NCBI RefSeq assembly: GCF_964355755.1
Contig: NC_092677.1
Location: forward strand, 27,577,175-27,641,174
Length of the DNA stretch: 64,000 bases
Direction: 5' to 3'
Source of the DNA: Antedon mediterranea
Taxonomy: Eukaryota; Animalia; Echinodermata
Shown: positions 13,106 through 28,800 of the stretch, piece after piece
How the letters are laid out: each line of letters begins with the position of its first letter
Position numbering within the stretch: position 1 is the stretch's first letter
Translations under genes and position numbers: made by a program
Notes under the pieces: model-generated
Told to the model about the DNA's origin: nothing
Seen by the model: the letters and a program-made list of their open reading frames with translations, nothing else
The model's database searches: none

Positions 13106-15247
13106 TCCATGATGTTTTTACAATTTAAGTATACCCGTGCTTTGTAAAGTCTTTGTCACAGTTTATACTTAAAGATTGACAAATATATTGGACATAAATA
13201 TTAAGCAGATGCTTGAATAGAAAGCTGTGCTGTAAATATTTATAAGCATGGGTCAAATAATTTGGACTGGCCTGTATTTATAATTGGATAATAAATTTGC
13301 ACATGTTGCAAAACTGATAAACATATTACTCACCATGATAAATGGTGATCATTTCTAAAAACGGAACAACTTATTTTGTAAATTTCTGTATAATTCATAA
13401 ATAAAGATTCATTCCTCCAAATCCAGATTCCATATTTTGAAATAGCAAATATATAAATAGCGCCCTCAGTTGTTCACATCCACACCATAATTTTTCCATT
13501 ATGCTTTGGATTAAGAATTCTTCCTCAACAAACATCTACGGATAGAAAAAATTATTATTTGTTTTATATGATTTAGCAAAAGTTGTGATAGATCATGTAT
13601 AAAATCTAATAAGCCAAATCAGCAAGCAATTTGCTAGCTTTGAAATGTTCAACTACCAATTAATAATATTAATAATGGATACTGTAGTAGTAGCTATGGA
13701 TGGTGAATTTTGAGCTGTGATTTTAATTCTGTTAATATAGTTTTATCATTATAAGCTAACAATGAACCATACATTCATTAAACGTTCTCTAAATTAGCAT
13801 TATTTCCAATTTCATCGATTAATACAGTAAATACTGTACGTTCTCCCAAATGAATGCCTCTTTTACATCTGGGAGCTAACAGATAATTTACTAATAACTC
13901 GCTTTCTCTAGATATATTTTCCTTATATGGGTATGAATTATATTTTGTGTTGCATATATTCATTTTTTTGTTTTATACATGGGATTTTTTTTGGGATTTT
14001 AGCAAATATTTATTTCCAGTTCAAGTGAATAAACACAACAATTAAAATTATACGTAAAGATCTATGTTTTGCAGACATAAAAAAAACATGGCTTTGATGA
14101 AAATTTTTTTCAATACAGTAAATATGCATCTGTTTTCAGTGTTTTAAAGTTTTTTTTTGTATTAAAAAAGAATTTTTTCCAACATGATCCCTAATTTAGT
14201 TGTTTTGTAAAGGCAGGATATAAGGGACCATCTGAGAAATTCTTGCAAGATCTAAATGATAACAAATTAAACATGAATAATATTTTCAGAGATGTAGAAT
14301 TAGAGAAAGTCAATATTGACTGTATTATTGAAGATTAATGAGGGAGTATAAATGGATAATAAAAACAAGATTATGTTTATTCATTGGATTGCAAAAGAAA
14401 CTGCGTCAATTTTCATGAACAAATGAAACTGCGAAATGAAATAACAGATCATTAGACGCAGATAAATGCACCAAAAAAATAAATTAAACCACGTCTTCTT
14501 CAATTCTTTGAGTGTCTGTTTCTTCTTTGATTCACACAAAGAAATAATCTTCACATTTCAGTAACAATCTATTAATGAATTCTACAAATAATTAACATGC
14601 GTCAACTATTTTTGCAATAAGAAATCATTTTATGTTGCCTTTGTTATTTTATTGGAAGACATGATGACATGAAGAAATGTCTAGAGGCTTGTCGTACTAG
14701 CATTCGTAGATGTAAAGACCTCATTGAGATTATCATATTCCTTCACTGTGACTAATTAATGCTCATTTCCCTCTGGTAAAGTTTATTCAGATCTCTGCTT
14801 CATGTTTCAATAGAACTAACGCACGACTTTGTCATACGCATGACAAACGTCGTATGTTGAAAATGCGCACTGAAACAGATTATGCCATTAAAACATGATG
14901 AAAAATAGCTGCTAACATAAGTAATGAATGTTTTATTATTAACATGGACATCTTTTTAGCAATTTTGAAGTAGAGACTTAGACACAGTATTTCACAAGTA
15001 TCCTTGTGTCATTCATAAACCATACACTACGTTATCTCATGATATTGCGATCATCATCCGCCATATTTTGTAATGTTAGTGTAGCTCTATTTCCTTTTAT
15101 TTTTGTCCATATAATAATCTTACTTTTTTGTATTATAAAATGTTATCATAAGAAAAATTAACGCTATACTTTTTTTTGTATTTTAAGCTGTATCTGCTCC
15201 ATCATCATTGTATAGTATACTGTATCTACTAGTAAAAAACATAGATG

Positions 15248-15768
15248 TATGGAACGCCGTTTACGCAACATTTCGATGATATGAATTTTATTACCCTCGT
15301 CTCCTTTCCACGCTGGCTTTACAGAGAATCCTAACAGACCTGGGTTCGGAAATATGTATTCCAATGTTCCAGGTCTGTTAGGATTCTCTGTAAAGGATCC
15401 ATATTGATGACAGGGTGGAAAGGAGATGAGGGTACCCAGGCTTAGGCCTAAGAGGTTGGAAAAAAATTGCGAGCGGGAATGACATACGCCGCCAATAGTT
15501 TGACTTTTCAATTCAATTCAAACATTTCATTCAGAACATTTCGTTCAAAACATTTCATTCAAAACATTTCATTCAATTCATTCAATTCAAAACATTTTAT
15601 TCAAAACATTTCATTCAAAACATTTCATTCAAAACATTCAATTCAAAGCATTCAATTCAAAACATTTCATTCATATATCGCGCCATTCAATTCATATCGA
15701 TGCATTTCATTCACATAACGCGTCATAAAATTCATATCATCGAAATGTTGCGTAAACGGCGTTCCATA
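15248..15768. mobile_element. IS3EU-like non-autonomous DNA transposon, 521 bp
   Basis: Perfect 44-bp TIRs beginning TATGG and ending CCATA. Exact 6-bp TSD TAGATG (15242-15247, 15769-15774). Internal 27-bp hairpin and CATTT/CATTCAAAA low-complexity tract. Confidence 0.8.
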
Positions 15769-16437
15769 TAGATGCTTATTTTAAGTAAATTCAGTTTGTC
15801 AAGGTGTTGTTAATGATAATAAATCCCACAAGACTAGGAATATAACAACTGTACTAGTGATTTATGGTTTATCTGTCATACTTTGAAACATTGCCAATTG
15901 TGGTTTTCCCTGACTTTCTTAGAATTTAAAGGGGTTTCACCGAAGTAAAAATGATGAAATTAATTTTTTTTTTTGTAGTCTTATTTTATTGTCTGTGTGG
16001 GCGATGTGGGGATTTTTTGTCTTCTTTTTAAAACTTAAGTATAATGTACTATAAATGTTTTCACTTTTCTTGTATAAACTGTATCACATGTTTAAAATTA
16101 TAGTTTAAAACAGAATTTTGCAAGTTCAGAATAATTATAGCTTGGTGATTCGCAGTACTGCATAATGTGTTTACTGATAATCATCATCATAAGAAAATTC
16201 TGTAATTATACATTGTCATATATAAATCACATGTGATACGTGTATCTAAGGCCATAAGCCAACCCCTATAACATAAATGCAGGTACCACATGCTATACAT
16301 GTGACACTGTTACAAGACTTGACTATGATACTGAACAATAATACTATTCGTAGAATACAGTTCTGAGAATTATGTGATAACGTTGTGTTTATATTATGAT
16401 ATTAAAGCGTTACATAATTTGTTTTCGTTTTCATCAG

Positions 16438-16647
16438 ATTCAACGTCCAAACACTTTGCAGCAGTAAGTGTACAAACTCAATCTAAGAACCAAGTATCGT
16501 CCAACACCAGTGTAAGTTCAAAGAAAGCCAACAAGAGAAACGAGAGGGGGGAAACCCCGCTACATTTAGCAGCCATCAAGGGCGATGTTGAAATGACCAA
16601 AACCTTAATCAAACAAGGTGCTGAAGTTAATGTACAAGATTTTGCAA
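16438..16647 (+). CDS. ANKRD11: ANKRD11/12 exon, ankyrin repeat 1
   Basis: NKRNERGETPLHLAAIKGD...GAEVNVQDFA; catcag/gtaaga, phase 1/1. Confidence 0.95.
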
Positions 16648-19600
16648 GTAAGAACATGTATTTAACACTCAATCTATTGGTTAATCATACACACAGTGAC
16701 TGCTTCATCAACTTTTAAACAAAATATCATATGTTATTGCAGTAAGAAATCATAGTTACTGCAGTAATTTAATTTGTCAATAATTAATAAATAGTGCTTT
16801 GTGTTTCTTTTACGTTTAAAGCATCCTCTATGCACTGAATGAATAGCCCAATGCAATTTACATGCATAGTTTTCATAAATATTCTCCGCTGTGTTTTTTC
16901 GTCTTTCCCATTCCTAAAACTGTTTTGAAAGGAGATGGGATTATTCAAGGACTAGGGAGCTTATTCATGGACTAGGGGGCTTATTCCTAAGTATATCATA
17001 ATATTATTCCATGTTCAGAAAATTTGCAGATGCTCATCTTGAAATTTTGTTTCGAATTTAAATTTTTAAACCCTTCAATTTCCAAAGCCTTAGATCGCAC
17101 AAATTGAGTAATACACACAGGACCGACATCACATAGTCTTTTCTTAAGGATGAGTTACATTAATCAGAATAAAGATTTTTACAAGTTTGTTCACTGTAAA
17201 ACTAATAAATCTTTTTAGATGGAACAAATCCTAAATAACTCTTATACCGACATTGTAACATCCATTTTGAAGAACGAGATTACATGAATCAAATTGTAGT
17301 ATCACAACAAAATAATGTTGAACCAGTTTAGGACATTTTCAGTGAAAATGCAATCAATTATAATTGCATTATCTGCATCAGAGCAGGATTTAGCTCTCAG
17401 ACATGTTATTGTCTAAGTGAGTTCATTGACCCCCCTTTATATAATATGCCATATTACTATGTTATCATTAGAAACACATGAGTATACATGATGAGGTATT
17501 TGGCATCATCTCTTTGTTTTTCTACTCTTAATTTATTCAATATGGTCAACGATGATCTTTATAACTTGTGTTTTTCAATGATTTTGTGCTTTTAAATAAT
17601 CTAAATATAGGATTCATAACCAACCAATAGGAATACATTAATGTACACATATTTTGTAAAATATAATGGCGTATTCGTTTCGTAATTTGCTTTTTCAATT
17701 GAATAGTAAACTAATTAACATTAATTTAAATGCAAACTTGTTCGTTTTATACTAACTCAACAGAAAAACTATACCCAATGTTAGACTAGAGTCCCACTGG
17801 AATATGGCAAATAATACACTATTTGCAATTACAATCAGAAAACGAAACAAAACCACTTCTATTTGAAAAATAATTCTATTTGAACAATGTTTCATAAAAC
17901 TGTTTTTTGTTGTCATATTTTGCAATGGGCTGGCTATCAATACCACAATCAGATTTACTTCACAGCTTGATGTGACCCCTGCTAATGACCTCTAGTAATG
18001 CTGCCACCAACCTTGAACTATGTATCTTGATTGATCCACAAATATGTGCATGATTGTCATAACCATGGCAACTAGGCTTAGTTTAATGTCTGAATGTGTT
18101 GATTGAAGTGTGTATGGTATACCGGTAATCAGATCTTGTGTTGCTTAGTTCAATATGGCTTCAACTGTCTTCTAATCAGATCTATGCAACTACATTTACC
18201 CTTCCCAAAACATGGATAACAAAGTTCATTCATTTCAAGTCATTGAATCGGCATAGGTTTAGAAAAGTCTCAGTAGTTCTAATTTTGTAATCTAAGACTT
18301 TTGATTAATATCATAGCCCAAATTATTACCTTTAAAATGTTGATCTCCTTTATCACATTACTGTAGTATAATAGTTTAATTCTACATTGATTATAATATT
18401 GGATGTGATATTTGTATGTCTCAACTAAGACGGCAAATGTATTTTACCTAGCCATGTGTACTAGATTTTTTTTTAGTTCATGGCCTTATTTAGCAAAAAA
18501 AAAAATGTTTAAATGTTATATGCTCTTTCCTATATTTTAACAGGAAGAATTTACAGTCTTGTTTTTTTGTTGCAAGCTTAAGCTTGTCTGCTAAAACTAA
18601 TAGAATAGTAAAATATGGAAAATAACATTTAATAAGTGGTTGAAAACTTTAGGGAAAAACTGCAATGTGTTAGCATAGCTGCTCCATACTGCACAAACCA
18701 ACAAGGAACTCATCAACCATGAATCTTGAGAACGTATAATCAGCAATTTTTCATAGTCTGAACAAAAAAATATTCTTTTTTACTAAAGTTACACTAACTG
18801 CTGTAGTTTTTTAAAGACTCATTTTTTTCCCTGCTCTTTTTAAAGAAAGATGTGTTTTATATCTGGTTCTTTTATTTCAATCTCCATTGAGATCCAACCA
18901 CTGGTACTCACAGTACTATCACTGTTTTACCCTATAATTTGCCTTTGCATTTTGTTTTGATATTATTAATTATTATGCGCAAGCTCACAAAAGACATCAT
19001 TTGGTGATAAATATAAAATTTAGAAATTTAATACACAGCTTCAAGCTGAGAGTGTAATTAAATGCAAATGAAAATCTCTCTACAAAGAACTACAGTACTT
19101 GAATTAAAATGCTACAAACTGAATGAAATCCAGTTTAATAAAGTATGGAAAGCCAAATCTGCCAAAATACAGAATTAAAAATGCTTTCTTTTTTGTAATA
19201 AATGTGATCTTGTCATCAGTATCAACATTTTTAAGGACACATTTTACCTACCTACAATTTGGGGAATATTATGGGATGAGATTTGCATTAAAAATTGTAT
19301 TTACTTTATAAGAAGTCTGATCTGAATTTGTTATAAATTAGGATTTACGTAGGACTTGGTCATCTCATACAGATAGAAAAACAAGTATGACTTTTGTTTT
19401 TTAGCTGAAAAACACTCTAAACCACCCAGAAATAATGATGTAAAGTAATTTTCTCTTCCTATTACTTGTTAATAAAGGATAGAAACATTTATTAAAGCCT
19501 TTCTCTGTTCCTATTGGCTTACTTGTAATGTGAATAGATTATGTCAGCAGTAACACTACAGCAACAGACTACCGTAATAACATACAACTATCCTTGGAGA

Positions 19601-19910
19601 GTTTATCTCTCATGTATTCAACCATACAGAGTATATTGTTGTAGATAAACAACATTGGATATGCAGAACACATCAATAATTTATTACTATACAGTTAGTA
19701 GTAATTTATCATAAATGTTATTGAAATGAAATGAGCTTTGTTGCTTTTAGTTTATACTCTGTGTTGATTTATGAAATGTAAATATTAGTTTCGCAATTAT
19801 GGTTTCCTACAGTACAGAAATTCAATTTTGCTGAGCTGTTAATTAATTCCAAATGAAACTAAAGATCTCATGGTAGAATAAATATTTATGGTTATGTAAA
19901 TTATAGATAA

Positions 19911-20018
19911 AGCTCTGTCTACTATATCAAACTATTTTGGAAAAAAAAATGTGATAAGTATGTTCAAATATGGTAATGATATGACCAAATATGGTAGTGA
20001 TATGACATCATCATGTCC
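19911..20018. mobile_element. Truncated MITE family A copy
   Basis: Left TIR AGCTCTGTCTAC and internal CAAATATGGTAGTGATATG motif; right TIR missing. Confidence 0.65.
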
Positions 20019-20777
20019 AGTTGCTTGAAATTACCAACATCACAATACATTCCAGTCTATCTATTATTATTTTATAATTGCTGAAAAGATTAGAGTTAGT
20101 AAAATGATTGACACATGTTGTCAAAATATTACTGATAATTACTATGTTTGGTAAATGCGCAGATTAAATATTATATAACTGATGTTAGAGTGCCCCATTG
20201 CATCATCATAAACAGTACTGTATCTGAATCTTTAACAAAATATTTTTACAAAATTATAGATACGGTACCCCACAAAAATGAGTGCAGTTGGCATATGACC
20301 ATTATTAGTATTTTGCACCACCTCCAATTTTAGTGGTATTTATTAACAATACATTATGACTAATGTTCTTTGTATTTGAGTTTCTTTATTAAGCAGCAAT
20401 GATGGCATTGTATTATATAGAGACACACCTAAAGTTGACCACTTTCTGTCTTTAACCAAGAATCCAGTGGCATGGGGTGTTGTGGTTAAGATATCAAATA
20501 GTTTTAAATTTCCTATGACCTATTGCAGCATATTGCTACCATGCTATTATGAAGCTGTGGTAACCTCAGAGGTCACTGGTTTTGAATAAACAGGAAAAGT
20601 ATTGTCATATGAAAGTGACAAATGAAATGACGCCATTGTCACTTGGGTTTATCCAGGTGCTATGAAAATGACAAATAGATAATATATAGATAGAGATAAT
20701 TAATAGATCTACTTATTAAGCACTATGTAAGGAGTGACGGTAGGTCATGGAATTATGAGATTAAAGTTATGTTTTTC

Positions 20778-21001
20778 TCTATTTGAGTTAACTTGCTATT
20801 TATCGGAGTTAACTTGCTGTCTTTCAGAGTTAACTTGTTTTCTATTGGAGTTAACTTGCTGTCTATCAGAGTTAACTTGTTTTCTATTGGAGTTAACTTG
20901 CTGTCTATCAGAGTTAACTTGTTTTCTATTGGAGTTAACTTGCTGTCTATCGGAGTTAACTTTTTTTCTATTGAAGTTAACTTGCTGTCTATCAAGAGTT
21001 A
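20778..21001. repeat. 21-bp (alternating 42-bp higher-order) minisatellite x ~10
   Basis: GAGTTAACTTGCTGTCTATCA alternates with GAGTTAACTTGTTTTCTATTG. Confidence 0.9.
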
Positions 21002-24000
21002 CATTGTAGTTTAGCTTTGTTTTGCGGCTGTACCGAAATCTATCATAGGTCATATCACTGTTACATCAAAGTTGACTGATAACTTGAATTACATTTGTGA
21101 TTCAGAAAGTTACTCTAGTTTGTGTGAACGCAGTTAAATTTTGTATTGAGTGTTTTGAATATGGGCCCCTCACATTCTGTAAACAAACACATACAGAAAA
21201 TGCACCATAATAATGCTAAACACTGTATCTACTTGCTTTGGTGAATGACTGATATCAATAATGTTAAAATGTTTAGCTGACCCTTATACAACATTTGTAG
21301 TATGGTGAATGATCATGATGCCAGTTTCCTTTAGTGATTAATTATCATGACATACCAGATTCAACCATGTTGATAATGATATAAGTAGCAGATGTGAAAT
21401 GTTCACTTACAAAAAGTCTGTAAACTGCAAAAGCAATATATTACAAAGAGAAACATATTGAGCCTATTAACATTTAGTTTAACTTTACGTTTAATGAATT
21501 TGTTAAATTGTAGTAGTTTCCAAGCCTGTTATGTAGCCAGGAGGGTTCGTAGAGTTCGAAAAGAAAAACCCTTTTAAGTGTCCTTTTAAAAATAAAAACC
21601 AGCAGCAAAAGTCAACTCATAAGCATTTTCACTAAAAACGTGTTGTTGACAGACAGACAAATGAGTGTCGTTTGGTGGCAGCACTTGGCATGAAGGGACC
21701 ATAGGAGAATTGTTTATTGTCCACTGCGTAGATACTAGTTTATCATTTTCCGTTCCATACTTTCAACATTGTCATTTTCCATTTCATACTTTCAACATTG
21801 TCAATTTCATGTAATAATGTCTAAATAATGTAATTGGACATCAGTTATGAAACGTTATTAACATTTAGTGTACATTTCTATTGCAATATATTTAATGTTG
21901 CACATTACCTTGTCATAAACCTTCATCACATTCAGACATTCTTAATCAAAAAACGCTGACTTATAACAAATGACCTGTCTGGCTTTGGTTAAAGTTTGAG
22001 CTCCAAGCATCCAAGCTCTAGTCTAGAAAGCTAGCCTATCCTTGTGTGCATGCAGACTAGGATAGCAATTAATTACATAACATATTTATTATAAAGTAGA
22101 TATAATGTTACGTTTATAAATTAATAGTAATTTAATCAATTAAAAACGGGACAAATGTCTGTGTGACGGTATATTATGATGTCACTTCTTCCAAAGAACA
22201 TAATATCTGTTTATTTTTAAAAGTTCCACTAGCACTAGCAGGATTGAAAAGAACTTATTTAGTGTGTATCCTAGGGTACATTGGGTATTTAATAACCATT
22301 GTCTGTCTGTAGTAGAGTAGGTAAGTATATTATTCATTACAGTTAGTTAGTGTTCACTTCTTCTAAGACCTTTTTAGTTGTTTTATGTGATTTTGATGAC
22401 AAATAAATGAATGAATGCTTAAACAAGACCAAGAAAGTATTAACACATATTCAACGCCCTATTCAACTAGCTTAGTTTCACTAGTGGAAACTTGGAACAA
22501 AGCATTGGCAGGAATTAGATCCAAAGAAACAGGAAGATTGTCCATGTGGAAACGAGTTTAACCACGGAGGAAATATCTAGCTAAGCTGTGTGCTTATTGT
22601 CAATGCTGTTGACCCTAAATCGTACTTATCATGACTATCAGAAAGCCTTTACATCAAGTATCTCAGATAGATTATAATCCTGACTTGAAAGCGTGACATT
22701 ACTAAGACCTAGAATTGCACGAACCCTATGAAAACATCAAACATTTTTACTAAGTATATTTATTAAGAAAATATACTTAAATGCGAAATTTCTAGAATTG
22801 CTTTTATATAAGGAGGATTAGGTTTGATAACATTGCCTGACATCATTGCCTTCAAATTGGTCAAAGTTCAAAATGATGGATAGAAGCACTAAATATACAA
22901 TACAATGATAAAAACAAACTCCCTCACAATAAACTTAGTTTATCCATAGTTTAGCGTACAGCTGTTAAGTTTAGACATAAGAAAATTGGCATATCTGATT
23001 AAACATATTTTATTCAGTTTTCAGAATAATTTTGCGTAGCACTTAAAATCTTGTATTGCTTCCATTATCAGCTTTTATTGCATTGTTCATATTGTATTAC
23101 ATTAGAAATAGCTGTTTGAAAATTGTGTAGAGCAAATTCAGAACAAAGCATCTATCATAGCTTATAATAGCCTTTTTATGGCAAGTTGTAATATTTTATA
23201 TATGACCAGTTTTGTACGGTGCAATTTTAAACAATTTGTTTATGAAAATGTATATAAATATATACAAAAAAAGTATTGAAACAATTCACACTAGATTTTG
23301 ATGTACAGGATAAGCGTGGTCTGTGAGACTATCAGATCAAACAATATTTTATATAAAGATGATAATTTATTCTTCTTAAAGTGCTGTCTAAACTCTTAAT
23401 TTTGTTTTAAAAATCCTATGTTTATTTGTTCATTATTTGTATATCCTTTCTTTAATGATATATGAGAGTTAATATTTAATTATTAATGATAAAGATTTAT
23501 CCAAACGATATAATTATTCATTTATTCATGACATAAAACTCTCATTTATTCAATAAATCATTCTTTTATTAATTTATAAATATATCCATTTGAAATAAGT
23601 ACTTAGTTTGAAATTATTTGTACTTGTGAATTAGCCGACACCCAATACATAATTTGTTAGTCTTTGGTAGCCTCAAACTTAACCCCAATTTTGGTCCTGT
23701 TTTTGGGGGTTTTTTTTCTTCATATTATAACTGACCAAATAAATATTCTTTGTTGTATACTGTAGATTGTATTTTCATTCATGAAAATCTATAGTAGGAG
23801 AAAACTTTTAAAGAACTTCCAATTTTTTGTATTGTATTGAGATTTTATGTAAATATTTCACACAAAAGATGCACAAGATAACTGTAATTCACAACATTGT
23901 TACAATTTGAGCAATTTAATTTGATGCATTACTAATGCAACTTGTACTCTTCAACAGTAAAACATGATTGTTTTATCATCTTTATTCAATACTGTATTAA

Positions 24001-25553
24001 ATAATAACATATTATTATACATCTTGCTGTGCAATGTTCACACTAAATCATACTGAAAAACAACACATAATTTGTGGATGATCACACTACAAGAACATTA
24101 CATTAATTTATATATAATAAAATATTATTAAATCATTATAATTATAAATACACATTGAATGTGCATAATTTGTCTGAATATTTATGGACGATCACACTAC
24201 AAATACAAGAACATGGTAGAATACATTTATTTGATTATATATAATAAACATTGAATATTTATGGATGATCACTCTACAAGAACATTAAATTAATATAATA
24301 AAGCATTAGTAAATCATTAGATTATAAATACACATTGACCTTTAGGCTTTAGTGGATGCTTAATGTAATTTATAAGGCAATCAACAACGCCTAGCCAATT
24401 ACCTATGGATAGGTAGTATACACACATGGATAAAGGTAAATTGTACAATTCTCTTTAATGTTAATCTAGAGAAAGAAATATTTATTAGACTTAAATTATA
24501 TTAATTTATAGTAAAGTAGGTTAAGTAAATACTTTAGAATACATTAATCTGTCAGAATAAATTGTCTGGCGTTTTCTTTAGTCATTAATTAATACATACA
24601 AACAATAACCATGTTGTATGCTTTAACAGAAACTACTTTATCACTACAATATTTATATAACATTTACATCTATATTATTTATAAACATTAACTGGAAGAT
24701 TTACAAATGCCAAATGTGATATTAAATCGTTTTTAAATTTCACAAAGAACTTTTCCTATGTAAAAAATACTCTTGTTGTTACAACTCTATTTTGAGATTA
24801 TTTTCTGTAGAATTTTCTTGTTTATAAAATGACATCCATTTACGTCAAGCAATGGAAGATGATATAAACATTTTTGTGTTGGCGGATTTTTTTATCCGGT
24901 TTTGTTTTTATGATTATTATTCAGAAATGAAACTAAATTCCCTGGCTATTATTTTCTCAAGTTTTGTTTAAATTGTTTTAAAATAAAAAAAATTACTTTT
25001 GCTTACTTTCTTGATAAATATAAAGTGTCTTTTAGTTTTTAAATATTTTTTTTCCATTTTAATTTTCTACAAAATGGTTTTTAGCAATCTGTAATGTATT
25101 GTTTTTATTCTGGAGGAATAAACCAATCACAGCCCATGTCAGTTGTTGTTTCCTTATATGGTATAGCACCTTATTGGATATGCAATGAACTGTGACCAGC
25201 TTTGAACCCTTAGGCATAGTCAGTCAAATTACATTGATTTCTGTTTCAAAAAGAAATTTGTGAAAGACAAAACTTGTGATAGAGTATTATAATGTAATGC
25301 CTTTTGTTTTTAGATAATAAAGCTTTTACATGTTTTTGTTAATAGTCTAAGCAAGTTACTTTATAGTTCTGGTCTTACAAGATATTTTGATACCATAGAG
25401 AAATAAGTAACTTACTTAACTTATTTCTTGATGGTGATACAAAAAAAAACTTATTTAAATTCTACAATGAAGTTTAATCCATTATTGTTGATGTCATGAT
25501 AGGTTGTTTATGTTTTGAACGATTTTCATTGGTCGATTAATCTTTGTTTATAA

Positions 25554-25859
<306 letters not shown>

Positions 25860-28800
25860 TAGAGATGTGTTGCTTTACTTTATGTGCAGTAAAGTATATC
25901 ACTGTATCATTTGATACTATATATTTGTGTTATAATGATAAGTTTTTATTATTCATATCTGAATCATTCTGTTAAATTAGCTACTGTATGTATACTTTGT
26001 TTCATCTTAATAGGTAGGCCTAACATTTATTGGTATGCCTTTTGTACTTGATAAATTTGTTCGCCATCTATATGGAAATTGTACTGTTTAAATAGCAATT
26101 GTTATTGTTACCTAAAAACAATGCAATTTCTATCTGTTTTACTTTGTCGTTTTTAGCCAACTGATACTCACAGCATTGTCACTTTTTCAGTAATTTGCCT
26201 TTGGATTTTTAAATCCTGGATTAGGATATCTACTGTATTATTGCCTTACTTGTTTTGTTTTTTCCGCCTCACAAGCATTTTTAAAAATACATGGTTTTCC
26301 AAAGATATAGCCTTGATGAGTTAATTCAATTATACTGGCAATTTGTTTGCTCATTCTTCATATGAACCATGGTTTCCACTTGAAATGTGCATCATAAATT
26401 GCCCAAAACCAGATAAACATGTGGTCCATTTGTGGTCAGGCTACTAAGTACCTTGCCCTTTGTTCTTGTTGAATGATCAAATTGCCTACAGAAAAAGAAA
26501 AAAAATAAATGAAAAAGTCTTTAAACACAGTGGGAAAAATTATGGAAAGCAATGCTCCATTTGATTGATATAACTTGATGATAGTCCAATTCTGAAAATG
26601 TTAATCATAGAAACACATTTTCTCCATTGAATTTTCATAGTTCATAGTTCATTTTATTTGTCCATATTGAAATGAATTTAATCACATTACAGTACATTAA
26701 TCTGTTCTAAATGATAATTCCCTGTAATTTATGAATTATTGTATTGTGGTTTTGTTTTACCAGGGAGTGCTCCCTGGTTTTACCATGAACAACATTTCCC
26801 TAAAGAAACCATTGAACCAGCAATCGGTTTAAAACTCATCACACAACCTATGGAGATTAGTCAGTGATATTATTGCCGAGCTAGCCTAGTCAGGAGTCTA
26901 GCTTTTAACCCTAGTGACAATGTGTATTGAAATTCAAAGACTTCACAGATAGAGTTGAAAAGGTTAGAAATACTTAGGGGTGCTTAGCATATTCATACAT
27001 GCTTTTTTTCAATTGCATATTCAATATTTTTACATGGAATGCTTTCTAATAAAAATGTAATCAAGTATACCTTAATAATATTAAACATCTAAATAAAAGA
27101 TACAGAAATACTACATGAAGACGACACATAAACCAGACAAATAGATGCACTGATTATGTTTAAATAAAACAGTATAAAACTGATTACTGGCTCTAAATAA
27201 CGTTTTGATCTTTATTTGATCATGATCAGAAATGAACAATAATTCCAAACAAACAGGTGACATGTTTCTAATTATCAGTGTGTGTCTTGTGTGTTTATTT
27301 GAAGCTAATATTTGAAATTATTCAGTTGATTTTCTGGTGTGCTGCAGGATAGTTGTTTTAATATTTTATTGAAAAATGTCAGTGAGAGGTTGTCATCTGA
27401 CAGGTGACTAGGACTAGGTGACCATTGACCTGTCATACATGAACACTTGGCACTGCGCCAATCATTTCTTCCTTTGAAGTTGTCAATTACATCCTCTTCA
27501 AAAACTCTCAAAAGCCTCTCTGCTTTGAGGCTGACAAAATCAGACAGTGTCCAAAAATGTTTCTCTGCATTTCAAAGCCCGACAAGATATGTCATTTTCC
27601 CTTGACATTTCCCTTTGGTTAACTACAGTTAAAATCATGATAACATGCTTAATATAAACACACTTTCCTATTTCTTTGATGTTTTGTGTTTGGAAGTGGG
27701 TGTGTCACAAGTGGTCTCAATGAAATAATGAAAAAAGTTGGTTTTTAACAACAAACGGAGATCTAATAATGTTTTAAGAATTCTGTTACTATCACAAACT
27801 TGTGTAAAAACAATCAATGTTGAATCAACGAGTTGTGCTGTACATCAGTCACATGAATAAATAAAGTTTTTATATTTATCTGAATTGTTTAAGAAAATTA
27901 ATTTGACTGCTTGATGGCACCTGCTCTGTCAACCATCATCATCTGCAATTTTTTTTCAGATGTTTCTCAAATCGACAATCATTATTATAAATAAAGAGAT
28001 ATAATTTTCCTGTTTTGTATTTCAATTTCCAATTGAATAATAACCTGAATGTATTACAGTTCAAAATATGGAATTAAAGATCTGTGGCTAATAATATGTT
28101 TATATCGTCTTACCATAAATTGTTGAACGTTCTCGCTAAAAGCAAAACAGTATCTACTTCTTTTTGCGACTTAAACTTCGCTGCTTATTTTCAATTTCCC
28201 TTTTTATGACGCAGTAAAGGAGAACCGTTAGTTAGATAAGTATGGATCAGTAGTCATAAAATGAATTTTGCAAATATAGAAATTTCTAATACTAACTAAC
28301 TAGGTCTTGGCTTAGTTAATATGATCACAACAGATACTTCTTCTGGTCAAAATAGACACAAGTAATCGTAAATGGGTCAATAAAATCGGGCGGATTAATA
28401 TGCATGCGAAGGAAAAAGGTCAGATGTATTGGAACGCGTGTTCAAACAATGTTTATTTATTTGGAATTCTAGAGCGATATTGTCCCAAGTAATTAAATTT
28501 GTGTATTGTTGAATGTTTTTCGCATTGTTTTTTTGTAAAGGCAGAATTAATGAATAAAGTTTTTTATGGTTCAGTTAATAAATAACTTTGCACTAATATT
28601 ATTGTATATTATATTTAATTAATGGTGTTAATTTCCTGCTAGTTTGTGTTTGATTCTTCTGTTCTGTAGATAACATTTAATTGCGTCATTGATAGAATGA
28701 TCAATGTCATCTCATGCTAAGATATAATAGTTGAAATACATGTTTACAATCTGCTTCGGTAGGAACTTAGCTCCCTGTCGGTAATTTCAATTTAGCTAGG

